Shown here piece after piece: positions 13,783 through 25,820 of a stretch of DNA of 64,000 nt. The notes under the pieces were generated by a model. That model ran no database searches. It was not told the DNA's origin and saw only the letters and a program-made list of their open reading frames with translations. Both the position numbers and the translations under genes were made by a program. Position 1 is the stretch's first letter. The number at the start of each line of letters is the position of its first letter. This stretch comes from Octopus sinensis (taxonomy: Eukaryota), in the NCBI RefSeq assembly GCF_006345805.1, contig NC_043003.1, positions 54,994,001-55,058,000 of the forward strand, given 5' to 3'.

Positions 13783-13830
13783 AGGCCTGCTGATGATTAC
13801 GTAAGTATGAAATCACTGTGATACAGGTCT
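13783..13830 (+). ncRNA. Type I hammerhead ribozyme motif
   Basis: AGGCCTG CTGATGA T-TAC-GTAA-GTA-T GAAA TCA-CTG-TGA TA CAGGTCT: 7-bp stem I (one G-U), intact CUGAUGA and GAAA core, GNRA-capped stem II (U-U at its base), palindromic stem III, AUA cleavage triplet ending at 13823. Confidence 0.75.
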
Positions 13831-14171
13831 ATATTTTTTTAAATGTCTTACTTTGAAAAATTGCATTCGGTGGGATTAGTAATATTTTTGGTAGAAATGA
13901 CTAATTGTCCCTCTTAGCGTTTGGCATGTATGTATAATGCCTTCTGGCATGTATGTATAATGCCCTCTATATATAAATTATATATATATATATATATATA
14001 TACTACTGAACGGGAAACGCAGTTTCAACAACGTACTTTTTCGGAAAGAAAAGCATTAAATAAACGTTGGACCTCGAATTTGGATATCGAACAAGAAATT
14101 CACTTGTGGTTATGAATTTATAAAAAAATAATTGTTCGTGCGTAATTTCATTTTCAGTATTGTGTCACAGT

Positions 14172-14217
14172 ATGAAAACACCTTTAGTGGTTTTGGATCG
14201 TCCTTCATCAGATTCAT
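14172..14217 (-). ncRNA. Degenerate hammerhead-like motif
   Basis: Reverse complement ATGAA T CTGATGA A GGA-CGA-TCC AAAA CCAC-TAAAG-GTG TT TTCAT; GAAA replaced by AAAA. Confidence 0.3.
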
Positions 14218-14379
14218 TAAATTAATGAAAGAACCAAAAACAACTTGACGTACACATGATTGAATATCTCTGCTATTTGTGTTCAGAAATAAAATTTAAA
14301 TGTGTGTTACAGATGCACATAATCACAGTCTAATACTTCGCCTGCGACGCCTACAAATTGTCAGAAGTAAATCAACGTA

Positions 14380-15200
14380 TGCCTAGGATATGGCAACGCT
14401 AAAGTTGTATTTTCTGATGTAAGAAACAAATGATACGTCTTATGTCATCAAGGGTCACCCTGAAGCTAAATACTAATGTCATAAAAACATCTACAAAAAC
14501 CGTGTCATCCAACAAATGTTAACTTTCTAACATTTCAATTCAATTGTTATTGATTCTATGCTCTTAAGCTAAAGGAAATTTAGTACACTATCGAATATTT
14601 GCACTAGCTGGCACAGAATGTTGCCCATGGGAAGCCATCGAAATTCTGTATCAAGGAGTAATTTGTCAAATTCTACTTTGTTTTCGGCACTCATTCGTTA
14701 AAATGTTCGATCAAATTCTGCTGAAATTTTGATATGATTGATTATCTTCACAGGAATCAGGAGTAATTGATGCTTGTCTGGATGGAGGTATTTTGTTGCA
14801 ATGAATCGATCACCGAATCGCAGTGATATATGTTGCTTATTTATTTTTTTGAATATGATATGTGTGTCTGATATCAACCAACAATAACGTAAGCTCCACA
14901 GTTGCACAAAAAAAAAAAAATTTTATTAATGGGAATATTTTTTTCAGAAACTAAACAACTATTTATTGAGACAAAGATAGATTGACTCTATGCATCACTC
15001 TCCTGTTTTTCGTTAAAATATCATCTCTTCCTCAAATGCATCATAATCATATATAGCCACCAGGAAAACCACAATATCATCAACATTTGGTTCATCCAGA
15101 TGTAAGGATATCGCTGTTCTCGAAGCTTTTCAATTACTCGTTATTTTACGTCATCTAACGCGCTATCGATCTGAATTATCGTAGTTTCTGTATATAACTG
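14380..15200 (-). mobile_element. hAT (Charlie-like) transposase remnant
   Basis: SLHLDE..EEEMIF, NIPINKI..CAT.GA, VKIINHIK..DRTF*RMSAENKVEFDKLLLDTEFRWLPMGNIL..IFDSVLNFL match the hAT motifs DES, CATDGAP and LLLHTEVRWLSKG. Confidence 0.7.
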
Positions 15201-15944
15201 TATAATTATACCTCGCAGCTTGTATCGCATCTATAAAACTATATTCATTACGCACCAACGATTTGATCCTAGTGTGCCATTCTGCTTCTGATGATCGTTA
15301 CTATTATATGACAAATCGGTTGTTATGGGCAAACATCATCATGACTTCGTTATTGTTTTATTTTGTTTCCTCTTTTTTTCCTTGGGTATCTAAATATATT
15401 CAAACTGCTTTATTTTTGAGTGATTGGGAACTCTGGTATGGTGGTCACTCAAAATTGATTGCTTGAAAGATACATTTAAAACGATTTGATCCTCGCGTGC
15501 CATTGATTGCTTGAAAGATAGATTTAAAATATTTGCTTACAAATAAGACACTTTAGGAGACGAGGGTTGAATAAATCCTAATTGAATGTAATAAAAAAGT
15601 TAAAAAATTTTAAAGATGTTACAGGAAGATGCTATTGCAGAACAATAAACATTGGTCAACTTGTGATATTAAAAAAAGTGTGAAAAGTGAAGGTATGAAT
15701 AATTTAACTCTCATTTCTGGTATAGCAATTGTGTATGCGCTATAGTTGTAGTTTAGGAGTGTAATACATTCATCACTTTCCATATCGCTGGTATAACCTA
15801 TTTGTGTAAAATTGCAAATGACTGTCACTTGTAATTTTAGTGAAATGATCAGTTAGTGATGATAGTTTCATGGTTTGTTATATCAATATGTAAATAAGAA
15901 AAGAATAAAATAAGCCGAGCGCTCGTCAGTTGTTCCAGCTAAGT

Positions 15945-16310
15945 CCGATACCGCCCACATTTCACTCTCAGATGCAGCCAGAGAAACGCATTCTGGTCGA
16001 TTCTGCTACCCTGGTTGTTTGACCACAGACCTAATATAACTTTCTTCCTTTTTTCAGTTTGTTAGAATACCATATGTGAGTGATTTCGTTGCATTGCCAA
16101 TTATACCAATGTACAAATAAATAACAATGACAAGTCGAACACCGATTGCTCCACCGAAATCCGGCGCCGCCCACATTTCCCCCTCAGAGGCAAATTAACA
16201 AATGCAGCCTGCCAAAGGCATTCTGACGTATCTTGCCACTCTGGTTGTTGACCACCGACCTAATGTAACTTCCTTCCATTTTTTAATTTATTAAAATACC
16301 GTATTTGAAT
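15945..16310. repeat. Diverged tandem duplication, period ~216 bp
   Basis: CCGCCCACATTTC at 15951 and 16167, followed by matching ATGCAGCC, GCATTCTG, CTGGTTGTT, GACCTAAT and AATACC blocks. Confidence 0.7.
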
Positions 16311-17258
16311 AATTTGGTAAATATGCATAGCGGATCCATATAACGTGAAAGATATTCTCTAGTTTAGTATGTAGATGATTTCTTATTGAAAAATAAGTAA
16401 ACAACTTATAAAATGGGATTGTCATGCGAATTAGTTTCACCCCATTGATAACAAAATTTGCTTCAATGCAAGAAATAACGGAACAGTCTAAGTGATTGCT
16501 CCACTTTCTTGTACTTGTAACCGAATTTTCAACTTGTACTTTACTATTTCTATAGAAAGGACGCACACACTGATGGAAACGTCATTTCTGAATCGTTCAG
16601 AATTTTTCTGGATTTACATGCCGAGACCAATCCACCAGTTATACAAAATATTGTAACAGTTACTGTGAGCCTGTTTAAGTAGGCAAAGCAGAAACTAGTG
16701 TGCTTTACAGGAGGAAAAGGAAACGAGAATAGAAAAGTAATTTTGGACGAAAATGATTAGAATTTAATCTCTTGGCATCACAATTGTTTTTGTTTTTTTT
16801 TGTCATATTTTAGGAAACAAAATTTGAGTGAATTTTAACTTTTGTTCCTGTTTGTCCAATGTACCACAATCTTAAACGTTCATATAACACATAATCAATA
16901 GTAATTGTGTGGAATGCAAAATATGAGGATAAGAAAAAAACAGCAATATTTGAATTCAAAATGTGGTTTAGAGGGAATACTTATCGGAAACAAGGAAATA
17001 TACTTTAACAAGCTGTACTACATTTCTGCAGTTTCTAGCGATTTTGGTGCCTTAAATATTAATTCCTAACACAAACAAAATTTTATAGTCAACAGGAACG
17101 AAATAGATTAGTTCAACTTCTTTAGTTGAATGTTTCTTGCTTTAGTACCCAAAAAATGTAAGACCTCGATTTTGGTGGGATTCGAACTTACAACTTAAAA
17201 TACAGTAATTCATGCAATAGTTTAGGGACTTTGCCAATCCATTGATTTGCATTTCCGA

Positions 17259-18028
17259 ACGAGGTGCATTGAAAAATATCCGAATTTATTTCCTCCCACG
17301 AAACCTTAACCTGCGTGGGCAAAACCTATGATTGGGATGTGACACCATCAGTCTTGCACATGAGTGAACATTTTCGCACCCGTAGAATGCGTCAGTTCCT
17401 GCCGGTTACGTCTAGAATACAGACCTATAGTGTGCGCTCGTTGGATTTTAATTTTTCACCGAACGCATCGAGCAGAGGTATTGCATCAATGTTTGTTAAA
17501 AGATCGGTAATACTCAAGCGCAAAGCATCCAGATAAATCAACAGGCCTTTGGCAATGATGCAAAATGAGCGTCGTGTGATACTCCAGGAAATTGCTCACA
17601 AATTAGGAATAAGCACGGGATCAGAGCATTCCATTTTAACGGAGAATTTGTGCATGCGGAGAATGTTGACGAAATTCGTCCCCAAGTTACTGGCAAAGCA
17701 TCAGAAAGAACTCCGCAGGGAATTCCTTCACCACAAGCTGAACCCTGCAAACCACGATCCAGACTTCCAGAGGACCATCAGCATTGGTGAAAGTTCATGG
17801 TCTCTGCTTGATGCGTTCGGTCATCTTGCGTGAAAACGAAAATCCGACGAACGGGCACTACACGTCTGTAGTCTAGGTATAACAGTTTGGAACTGACACG
17901 GCCTACCAATAAGAAAATGTTTGATCATACGCAGGGAGGATGGCGTCACCTCCCATCCAAGCATTTTTCCGCGCGCCATTAATTTTGGCGGGAAAATAAA
18001 GTCGGATGATCTTTGAACGCACTTCGTA
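17259..18028. mobile_element. Mariner-derived element with ~220-bp imperfect inverted arms and internally deleted transposase
   Basis: Left arm 17259-17477 and reverse complement of 17802-18028 both run from an ACGA(G/A)GTGC terminus to ACCGAACGCATC(G/A)AGCAGAG; interior encodes RRVILQEIAHKLGIS..KFVPKLL..ISIGESSW. Confidence 0.75.
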
Positions 18029-19585
18029 CATACAGTAAAAAAAGGGTTTCTACTAAGATACATGTCATAACTACGGCTTCGTTTTCTTAGGATAGAATAC
18101 TTTTGAAACCCCTCAACTATCTCCGGGGAGATTGTGCGTGAAGCAGCTGTTAAACGTCCCTCTAAATACGACTTCTCAGCTACCAATATTGAAGATACAT
18201 TAAATAATACAGTTCTAGATAGGCAATACATGAGAGAAGCAGATATGATTTTTGGTTTGAACTAATTTCACAATAAATCTGCTCATCGCCTTTGAACTTT
18301 GGCTGAAAAAAAGAACTGGTACGAATGCTGACTAGCACTTCAGAAAAGCAACCTTTCTTTTCTTCTTTAGTTCACATCATACATGAACGTTATGTAGATT
18401 ATCTAGTGTAACATCTTATATATGACTGGTGAGATATGATTTGGGAAGGAAAGGAAAACAAACAAGCACGACGAATCTCTATCGTTAAGACTGTTATATT
18501 TCTCTCGGTGCTAGTGGCAGTTTTTTCTAAGATATAGATTGTATATCATACACGAGAAGACTAACTACCTCTTACTCACACTACAAAGGCCAGTACTATT
18601 AGTTAGCAGATTCATGTGGACTGTTGAGTTTTAGTTGAGTAACTTATTGTTTTTTTTGGGAGCCGTTTATTCTCTTTGATCGAGAACATTTATGGCTTTT
18701 TCATGAACATTTTGTCTTTTCTCCTAATGGCACATTCTCATAACGCATTATGAAATGAAAGGTAGTAGGATTTATCAAATGAAAAGCAGTATCTCATGCT
18801 GTTCGAGTGACCGTATTGTGTTTGTATCCTTTTATAAATGTCGATACGAGCACTGAATTGGCTCAAAGACACTACTGTCGTTATCACTAAATCTTTAACC
18901 TAATCAATGTACAACGGATGATATCAGTCATCGCCCAATAATTCTTAACAATTTAGTCAAAAATATTGATAAGTAGATATTCTGCTTATATTCAGACATG
19001 TAATCTTTTTAAGCGTAGATTTCATTATCTCCATCACGCATTAAAAGACAGTACTTCCAATTCTAGAATGCATCACACAGTGGACTACATTAATGCTTAT
19101 AAATACAAAAACAATAAAATGTTGTGTGGTATAATCCTCCATATCTTTTAAATAATTGTTCTAACGTTGCCACATATTTCTAAATCTTATAGATAAGCAT
19201 TAGTCTAATCGCATTAAAACAAGTTTGAACAATTTCATTATCGATACTGTTGCCATAATGGTTTCTTATTTCAATCCGAGAAATGGTTTTCTAAAAGGAA
19301 AAACCAAAAGACAAAACGATTAATTTGCTCATCACTATTTCAAAAAGATTCATTAATTAGATTAGTTTTTGCAGATAGTTGCATGCTATACCTATGGTAC
19401 TGAAGACTGAAATACGTGATCAGTTTTACTATCAGAGTGAATAAAGGAAAATGTTACGTTATACGTACATGATAATAAATATATAAATAAAACAGAAATT
19501 TCTTCACAGCTCTTCACGATGTGCGATGTATTCATATTTCGAAGCGCATGCGAAGATTCTTATTTACAGGTCACTGTACGTCTTC

Positions 19586-19870
19586 GTTGAAGGCGTAATG
19601 ACCCACTGGTTAGAACAGCGGACTCGCGGTTTCGATTCCCAACCAGGCGTTATTGAGCGAAAACACCTAAAAGCTCCAAGAGATTCCGGCAGGGGGTGGT
19701 AGCGACCCCTGTTGTACGCTTTCGCCCCAACTTTCTCTCAGTCTCCCTTCCTGTTTCTTGGGTAACGCTGCGATTGTCTGGCCTCCCGTCCAGCAGGGGG
19801 GAACACATACGCCATAGAAACCGGGAAACCTGGTCCATGAGCCTGGCTAGGCTTGAAAAGGGCGACGTTT
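19586..19870 (+). mobile_element. tRNA-headed SINE, family A
   Basis: GAAGGCGTAATGACCCACTGGTTAG..GGTTTCGATTCCC head; body and tail homologous to 34494-34803. Confidence 0.85.
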
Positions 19871-19987
19871 ATCGCTTTTTTTAATCATACGTCTTCATTT
19901 CTTCGATCATTTGAACAATCGGAACTCTGTAACATTGAACGGAGATATAAGAGTCTCGGGACTTTCAATCTATAACATAAGTTTCTT

Positions 19988-20218
19988 ATTTCTTTACTGC
20001 CCAGAAGGGGCTACACACAGAGGAGACAAACAAGGACAGATAAAAGGATTAAGTCGACTATATCGACCCCAGTGCGTAACTGGTACTTATTTAATCGACC
20101 CCGAAATGATGAAAGGCAAAGGCGACCCCGGGGGAATTTGAACTCAGAACGTAACGGTAGACGAATTACCGCTAAGCATTTCGCCCGGCGTGCTAACGTT
20201 TCTGCCAGCTCGCCGCTT
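19988..20218 (-). mobile_element. SINE family C (CORE-like), monomer
   Basis: Reverse complement AAGCGGCGAGCTGGCAGAAACGTTAGCAC..GAGTTCAAATTCC..CCTTTCATC..GGGGTCGAT; homologous to 62650-63231. Confidence 0.85.
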
Positions 20219-20529
20219 ATAACATATGTTTCAGCCTGCGTAATGTGTGTGTATGTCTATATATATATTATATATATATATACATGCGTGCACGCATGCG
20301 CATGCGCGCGTATTTGGTGTGTTAAGGCATTTGTAATGTCTCTCATGAGTACTAATGGTAACATGGAAACAAGTACAAACTGTTGCCTGGTCAACCCTCG
20401 GAGACTAAAGCGGTACTTCTACCTGGATAAACTGGTGAGGATGGTTCCTAGAAACCCAGCAAAACTAAGACAAGACCTGTGAAAAAGACGGGTGAATCAC
20501 GTATATTTAGAACGAGTATCTAGCAATAG

Positions 20530-21035
20530 GTGTCAGAGATTTTGGCTTTCTGCCATGCGTGCTGGAAGACCGCTGGGAGTACAGCACCCCTCAGCTTGTG
20601 TTAAAGCAGGTATCGAAGAGAAGGCCGCCCTGATATAAGCCGGATATGCAGGGAGTAGCAATGTACATTTTGGGAATAACTTGCCTACGCTTGAGCTATC
20701 ACGGTCCCACACTCCTGAGCCTGTAATCCCTATTAGCAGTAGATATCTTAACTTGTCTCTACATCCTGACAATTGTGTGGAGAGGGTCTATGAGATATTG
20801 TGCAAGCTTTATCGCACACAGGCATTGCTTTGGCAGTCCGGTATTCGGTATGATGGATTGCTAGCCACTACAGCATTCTTTATTTTGTCTCCTTGATTCT
20901 TTCTGTATTCCTTTCTGTGGAAGAGCGTAGGCTCGAAACGTTAGAAACTTTTTCACTTCCCGAGCGTTATACTAATACATCGGTTTCTTGTCTACACCAC
21001 CTGTCTTCGTCTTTTGTGTTTTTTGTGAATTCCCC
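20530..21035 (+). mobile_element. Probable Penelope-like element 3' remnant with a hammerhead-like motif at 20911-20947
   Basis: CTTT CTGTGGA A GAGC-GTAG-GCTC GAAA CG TT AGAA downstream of a non-repetitive coding-like stretch that I could not assign firmly. Confidence 0.35.
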
Positions 21036-21129
21036 GTATATATATATACATATATTATTATTATTATTATTATTTCTAAATCTCTCTAATGTATATATAT
21101 ATATATATAACTTTAACTAGCCAGAAAAA

Positions 21130-21440
21130 CAATATTGGGTAAACCGACTAATATTCGACTTAGAACTGGATAAGCCAATTTGCATCTCTAACATTTTCAT
21201 GACAACAAGTTTGGAAATTAAATAAATTGTGAGTTAAATGCATGGCTTGGTTGCTAAAACACTTTAGAGCAAGCTCCTTTATATAGCATTGTGTTACAAT
21301 GAATGAAAACAATTTGTCTATAATGTGTGTGCGGAAAGTACAAAGGAGTAGAGTTGCACATATGTTTTGACTCATTTTGGTGTATTCTTTAGTATCTGTG
21401 TACCAACTTTAAATATACACACATTGCTTTTAAACCTACT
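21130..21440 (-). mobile_element. Possible hAT C-terminal remnant
   Basis: Weak LLL.TF.T...DKLFS and GLSSSKSNISR similarity to the hAT dimerisation region. Confidence 0.25.
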
Positions 21441-21802
21441 TGCAATAACGGTTAAATAAACTAGTTAGCTCAATTTGCATATTTAATAATTTTGTTGCGA
21501 CGTGTTCCATAATTAAATTACTGGCTTATTAACAATGTTTCATTTATTCCTATAACTTAATGTAGAATATATTGGCAGATGTTTTCCTATTTGTTCGCTC
21601 CGTTACCGAACAGGCGAGTTGTTTACAACCGACAAAAGATGAATTGTTAGCTAAAATTTATTCATTATATAAACAAAGCGAAACACTGTTACTATACCAG
21701 TAATTTAATGTGTATTTATACGGGTATATATTTATACATCTTATACACTTATGCATGCAAATTACTTTGGCTTTGGTTTAGAATTCATGATTAGTTCATG
21801 TA

Positions 21803-21841
<39 letters not shown>

Positions 21842-22224
21842 TTCTTTCTTTCTTTCTTTCTTTCCCTTTCGCACGTTTTCACTCTCCATCTTTTCCACAC
21901 TCTCTCTCTCTTATGTCTCTCTCCTTTGTCTCTTCATCGGGGTACTTATGAATTTTCGCAGTCACGCAGAACCGGAATTTATTGTTTAAAAGATGAGAGT
22001 CTATCAGTCCATAACAATAAGCGGTAATAATAAGGGGGTAATTTAACACAAACTGAACAAGGGAAGCTGGAGAGATATTAAGAATTTCAGCTGCAAATGT
22101 AGCAGCATCTGCAGCGGCGACAGGAGCAGCACCCGCCGCCGCTGCAGCAGCAGGAGGAGCAGGAGCAGTAGTACCAAATATAAAATTTCTATTTTAGTTA
22201 CATAACCAAAATTCGAGAAGACGC

Positions 22225-22266
22225 AGAAGACGCAGAAGAAGAAGAAGAAGAAGAAGAAGAAGAAGA

Positions 22267-22340
<74 letters not shown>

Positions 22341-22362
22341 CAGAAGATGAATAATAATAATG

Positions 22363-22396
<34 letters not shown>

Positions 22397-22533
22397 GAAG
22401 AGAAGAAGAAGAAGAAGAAGAAGAGAAGAATAAGAATAAGAATAATAATAAGAAGAAAAAGAAGAAGAAGGAGAAGAAGAAGAAGAAGAAGAAGAAGAAG
22501 AAGAAGAAGAAGAAGAAGAAGAAGAAGAAGAAA
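22225..22533. repeat. (GAA)n/(TAA)n compound array
   Basis: Direct inspection. Confidence 0.95.
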
Positions 22534-23009
22534 GACGAGGGGTTAAATATGACGAAAATGATGTTATAGAGTTATGGGTAATTGAGCAAAACTCCATCAA
22601 GGTGTATTGCAGTTGAAGTATGGCTTGCACTCTTGTATGCAAACGGACACTGTGACATGACTTAATATGACATCAGAGGTATGAGTAAATAAAATATCTA
22701 ATGTAAGTTTATCAATGGAGCCAATATGGCAGTCTAGTCCGTGCTGGTAAAAAAATACGATTGTTCTAATTGCAATAGAGCAATTCTAATTTTCCCTAAG
22801 TGCTTCCTTAACACTCCTCTAAGTTTCACGTATATAAGATTCCAAGAGTTCTGCACATGTTTCTTACGCCGCTTTATGAGGCACATCGGGAATTTAATCT
22901 TCTTTAGCTTTGATATGTGGGTTTGATGCAGATAGCACAAAATTACTTGGATGGGTGTTATTTTCAAAGGGGCAAAATTTACATGTATGTATGTATATAT
23001 GTATGCATG

Positions 23010-23043
<34 letters not shown>

Positions 23044-23049
23044 TGTATG

Positions 23050-23121
<72 letters not shown>

Positions 23122-23127
23122 CATACA

Positions 23128-23310
23128 TAACCAAAAAAGAGGAATAAGGACTTGCTGAAGGCTTCCTTAAGAGATGCTTACATCTATCCTGACACATGGG
23201 AAGGAATAGCTATTGATAGTAGGAGGTGGAGAAGGTTTGAGAGGACAGCCACTTTTGAGAAATCTCGAGTTGTACATGAGAAAGTAAGGCGGGAACGTGC
23301 ACATCTTCAC
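23128..23310 (+). mobile_element. RTE-clade LINE ORF C-terminal fragment
   Basis: [30 protein letters not shown] resembles the RTE C-terminus (KD.LK..L...I....WE..A.DR..WR). Confidence 0.6.
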
Positions 23311-23666
23311 TCGCCTTTTTCGCCAAAGGTATACGCATATATATACAAACTCATACACACCCACGCGTACCGAAAATGTTCATACATACGTCTATATACG
23401 CTCAATCACAAGAAAAAACATGATTAAAGATAACAATACAGAAAAAACATAGGGAAGTATACAAAGCGTAAAACCACGTTTATATACGGACATACCCTTA
23501 TGCACGCATACACATACACGCCCATACATGTACATACCCACACATGTTTATATACACACACACGCATACACCAAAAAAGGATTATACATACGCTCAAAAA
23601 ACCGAAAAAATTGTAAAAATACTGAGTACAAACGTCTATATATATATATATATATATTATTATATA

Positions 23667-23706
<40 letters not shown>

Positions 23707-23959
23707 GTATGCCCGCACACACGCACACATCTATATACATACATACAATACCCGCCCTCTCATACATATTCACACATGCGTACAAATGAATCTATATACA
23801 CGTCTATATAGGCACAAGAAAAAATGCAGGATGGAAGAGTACAGAAAAAAAATTACGTGTAAAAATATATAAATATATGAAAAAATAAAAGGTATAATGA
23901 GATAAAAAACTTTTTGGGACATAATATAGAAAGCAAGTTCTATCTGTATTCTTGGGGGG

Positions 23960-24230
23960 GACCAAAAACGTAACAAAAATTTTGTCACATTTGGGCATTA
24001 TCCGAAAAGTTCTGTCCTTGAGTTTAGACATGTAGTAGGGTCTAAGCTGCTTTTCTAGATAAGCCATCTCTTCATGTCGCATAGACCGCACTTTCCGCTG
24101 CCGTTGGTGTAGGGCTTATATTTGGCCAAAATCTTCCAATGGATGTTGTAATTGACACCTTTATCTTTTAATGACCATATATGATTGGATAATTTTGTCG
24201 CTTTCTTTTTGTTCCTCTATCTACATAATA
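23960..24230 (-). mobile_element. Penelope-like element GIY-YIG endonuclease C-terminal fragment
   Basis: ATKLSNHIWSLKDKGVNYNIHWKILAKYKPYTNGSGKCGLC..LNSRTELFG*C..KFLL matches the Penelope pattern TELS.HIW.LK...I.W.IL...C.LC..LN.R.EL..C. Confidence 0.75.
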
Positions 24231-24358
24231 TTGAGGTATCTTTCTTTCTTTTATCTTACCGTTTTACCATATAATATATATATATATATAGGCCTGTGTA
24301 TATGTATGTGTTGCTTATATAAGCATATATGGCCTTCTCTTTTTATTTATGTATTTGA

Positions 24359-24505
<147 letters not shown>

Positions 24506-25339
24506 CGACTATAAATCGCTGACTTTGAACCAACCCACAAGATGGTGTACCTGCGGTTCATGGAAGCCATTTCAAATGCATCCAAAAATTTTACTTGTAA
24601 CTGTACTCATATTTACTGATTTGCTGTAAAACATGCTTGGCATTGTGCTGTCACCTTAAAAGCTAATGCGATCGGGCTAATGTTGGTGACGGCGACGACG
24701 ATGACAATGATGATGATGTCGTTTACGACATTGATGTCATTCGAGCTTGAATTAGTTGAAAAGTTTTACGATATGAAGTGTTGCTTCGAATATCTTGTTC
24801 GAAATTTTAAAGATTTCAAAACAACTTGTTCAATAACATTCTAGAAAATTTTGTTGATATTTTCTTCAAACTCTGACCTAATTCAGGCAATGATAGTTAA
24901 TCCGAATGTTAGCAGGATATATGACAGACAGACACACCGACATAGGCACGCATGTTCACATACATATACGTAGACATGCATTCATATATAAATTCAAACC
25001 CTTAATTATTTCTTTCTCTATCTGCACCTCTCTGTCTGTCTCTGGCATTTTCTGAACCTGTGTCTCTGTCTGTCCGTTTCTCTGTATATACATACATACT
25101 TACATACACACATACACACACAATCTCGAGCATATGGATGTATATATTCATAGACATATATATAGACATACAACACGCGCGTACACACGTATTTACATAT
25201 GTATATACATACGCTTTCTCCTCATAAATACAACATCTTAATAAAATGCTCTCTGGATTTTGAAATACACATACGCATATAAACATATGTATACCTAATA
25301 AGCGATCAATCAGACATGTACGCATACCTAGGGGCAAAC

Positions 25340-25428
25340 ATTTTATTCATACATACGTACATAGATACATGCTTGCATACATACATAGATACATATATAC
25401 ATACATACATACATGCTTGCATACATAC

Positions 25429-25475
<47 letters not shown>

Positions 25476-25749
25476 CATACATACATACATACATACATAC
25501 CTACATACATACATACATACATAGCCATGCATACGTATAAATTTATGTACAGGTCTATAAACACAAACTTGTCGAGAAAGAATTTAAAAAAGAAATAAAG
25601 TTGGATCTGTGTTGTTGACGTAGCATTGGAACAGGAACAGTAGTAGGCACCCACTACCGTCAGCGCCAGCTTCATCTTCATCTTCATCATCAACATCATC
25701 ATCATCATAATCTTCATCATCGTCGTCGTCATCATCATCATCATCACCA

Positions 25750-25782
<33 letters not shown>

Positions 25783-25820
25783 TCATCATCGTCATCATCG
25801 TCATCATCGTCCTCATCATC
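25340..25820. repeat. (CATA)n/(GATA)n and (CAT)n/(CGT)n arrays
   Basis: Direct inspection. Confidence 0.9.

Larger units (their letters stand above)
12830..13980. mobile_element. Hammerhead-bearing 481-bp unit in partial tandem plus inverted arrangement (retrozyme / Penelope pLTR-like, non-autonomous)
   Basis: 12831-13340 = 1.06 units (AGCAATTAAGG at 12831 and 13312); 13339-13980 = 1.33 units on the opposite strand (TACAGGTCT at 13341 and 13822); one mismatch seen (13167 vs 13760); no ORF; flanked by (TA)n on both sides. Confidence 0.85.
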
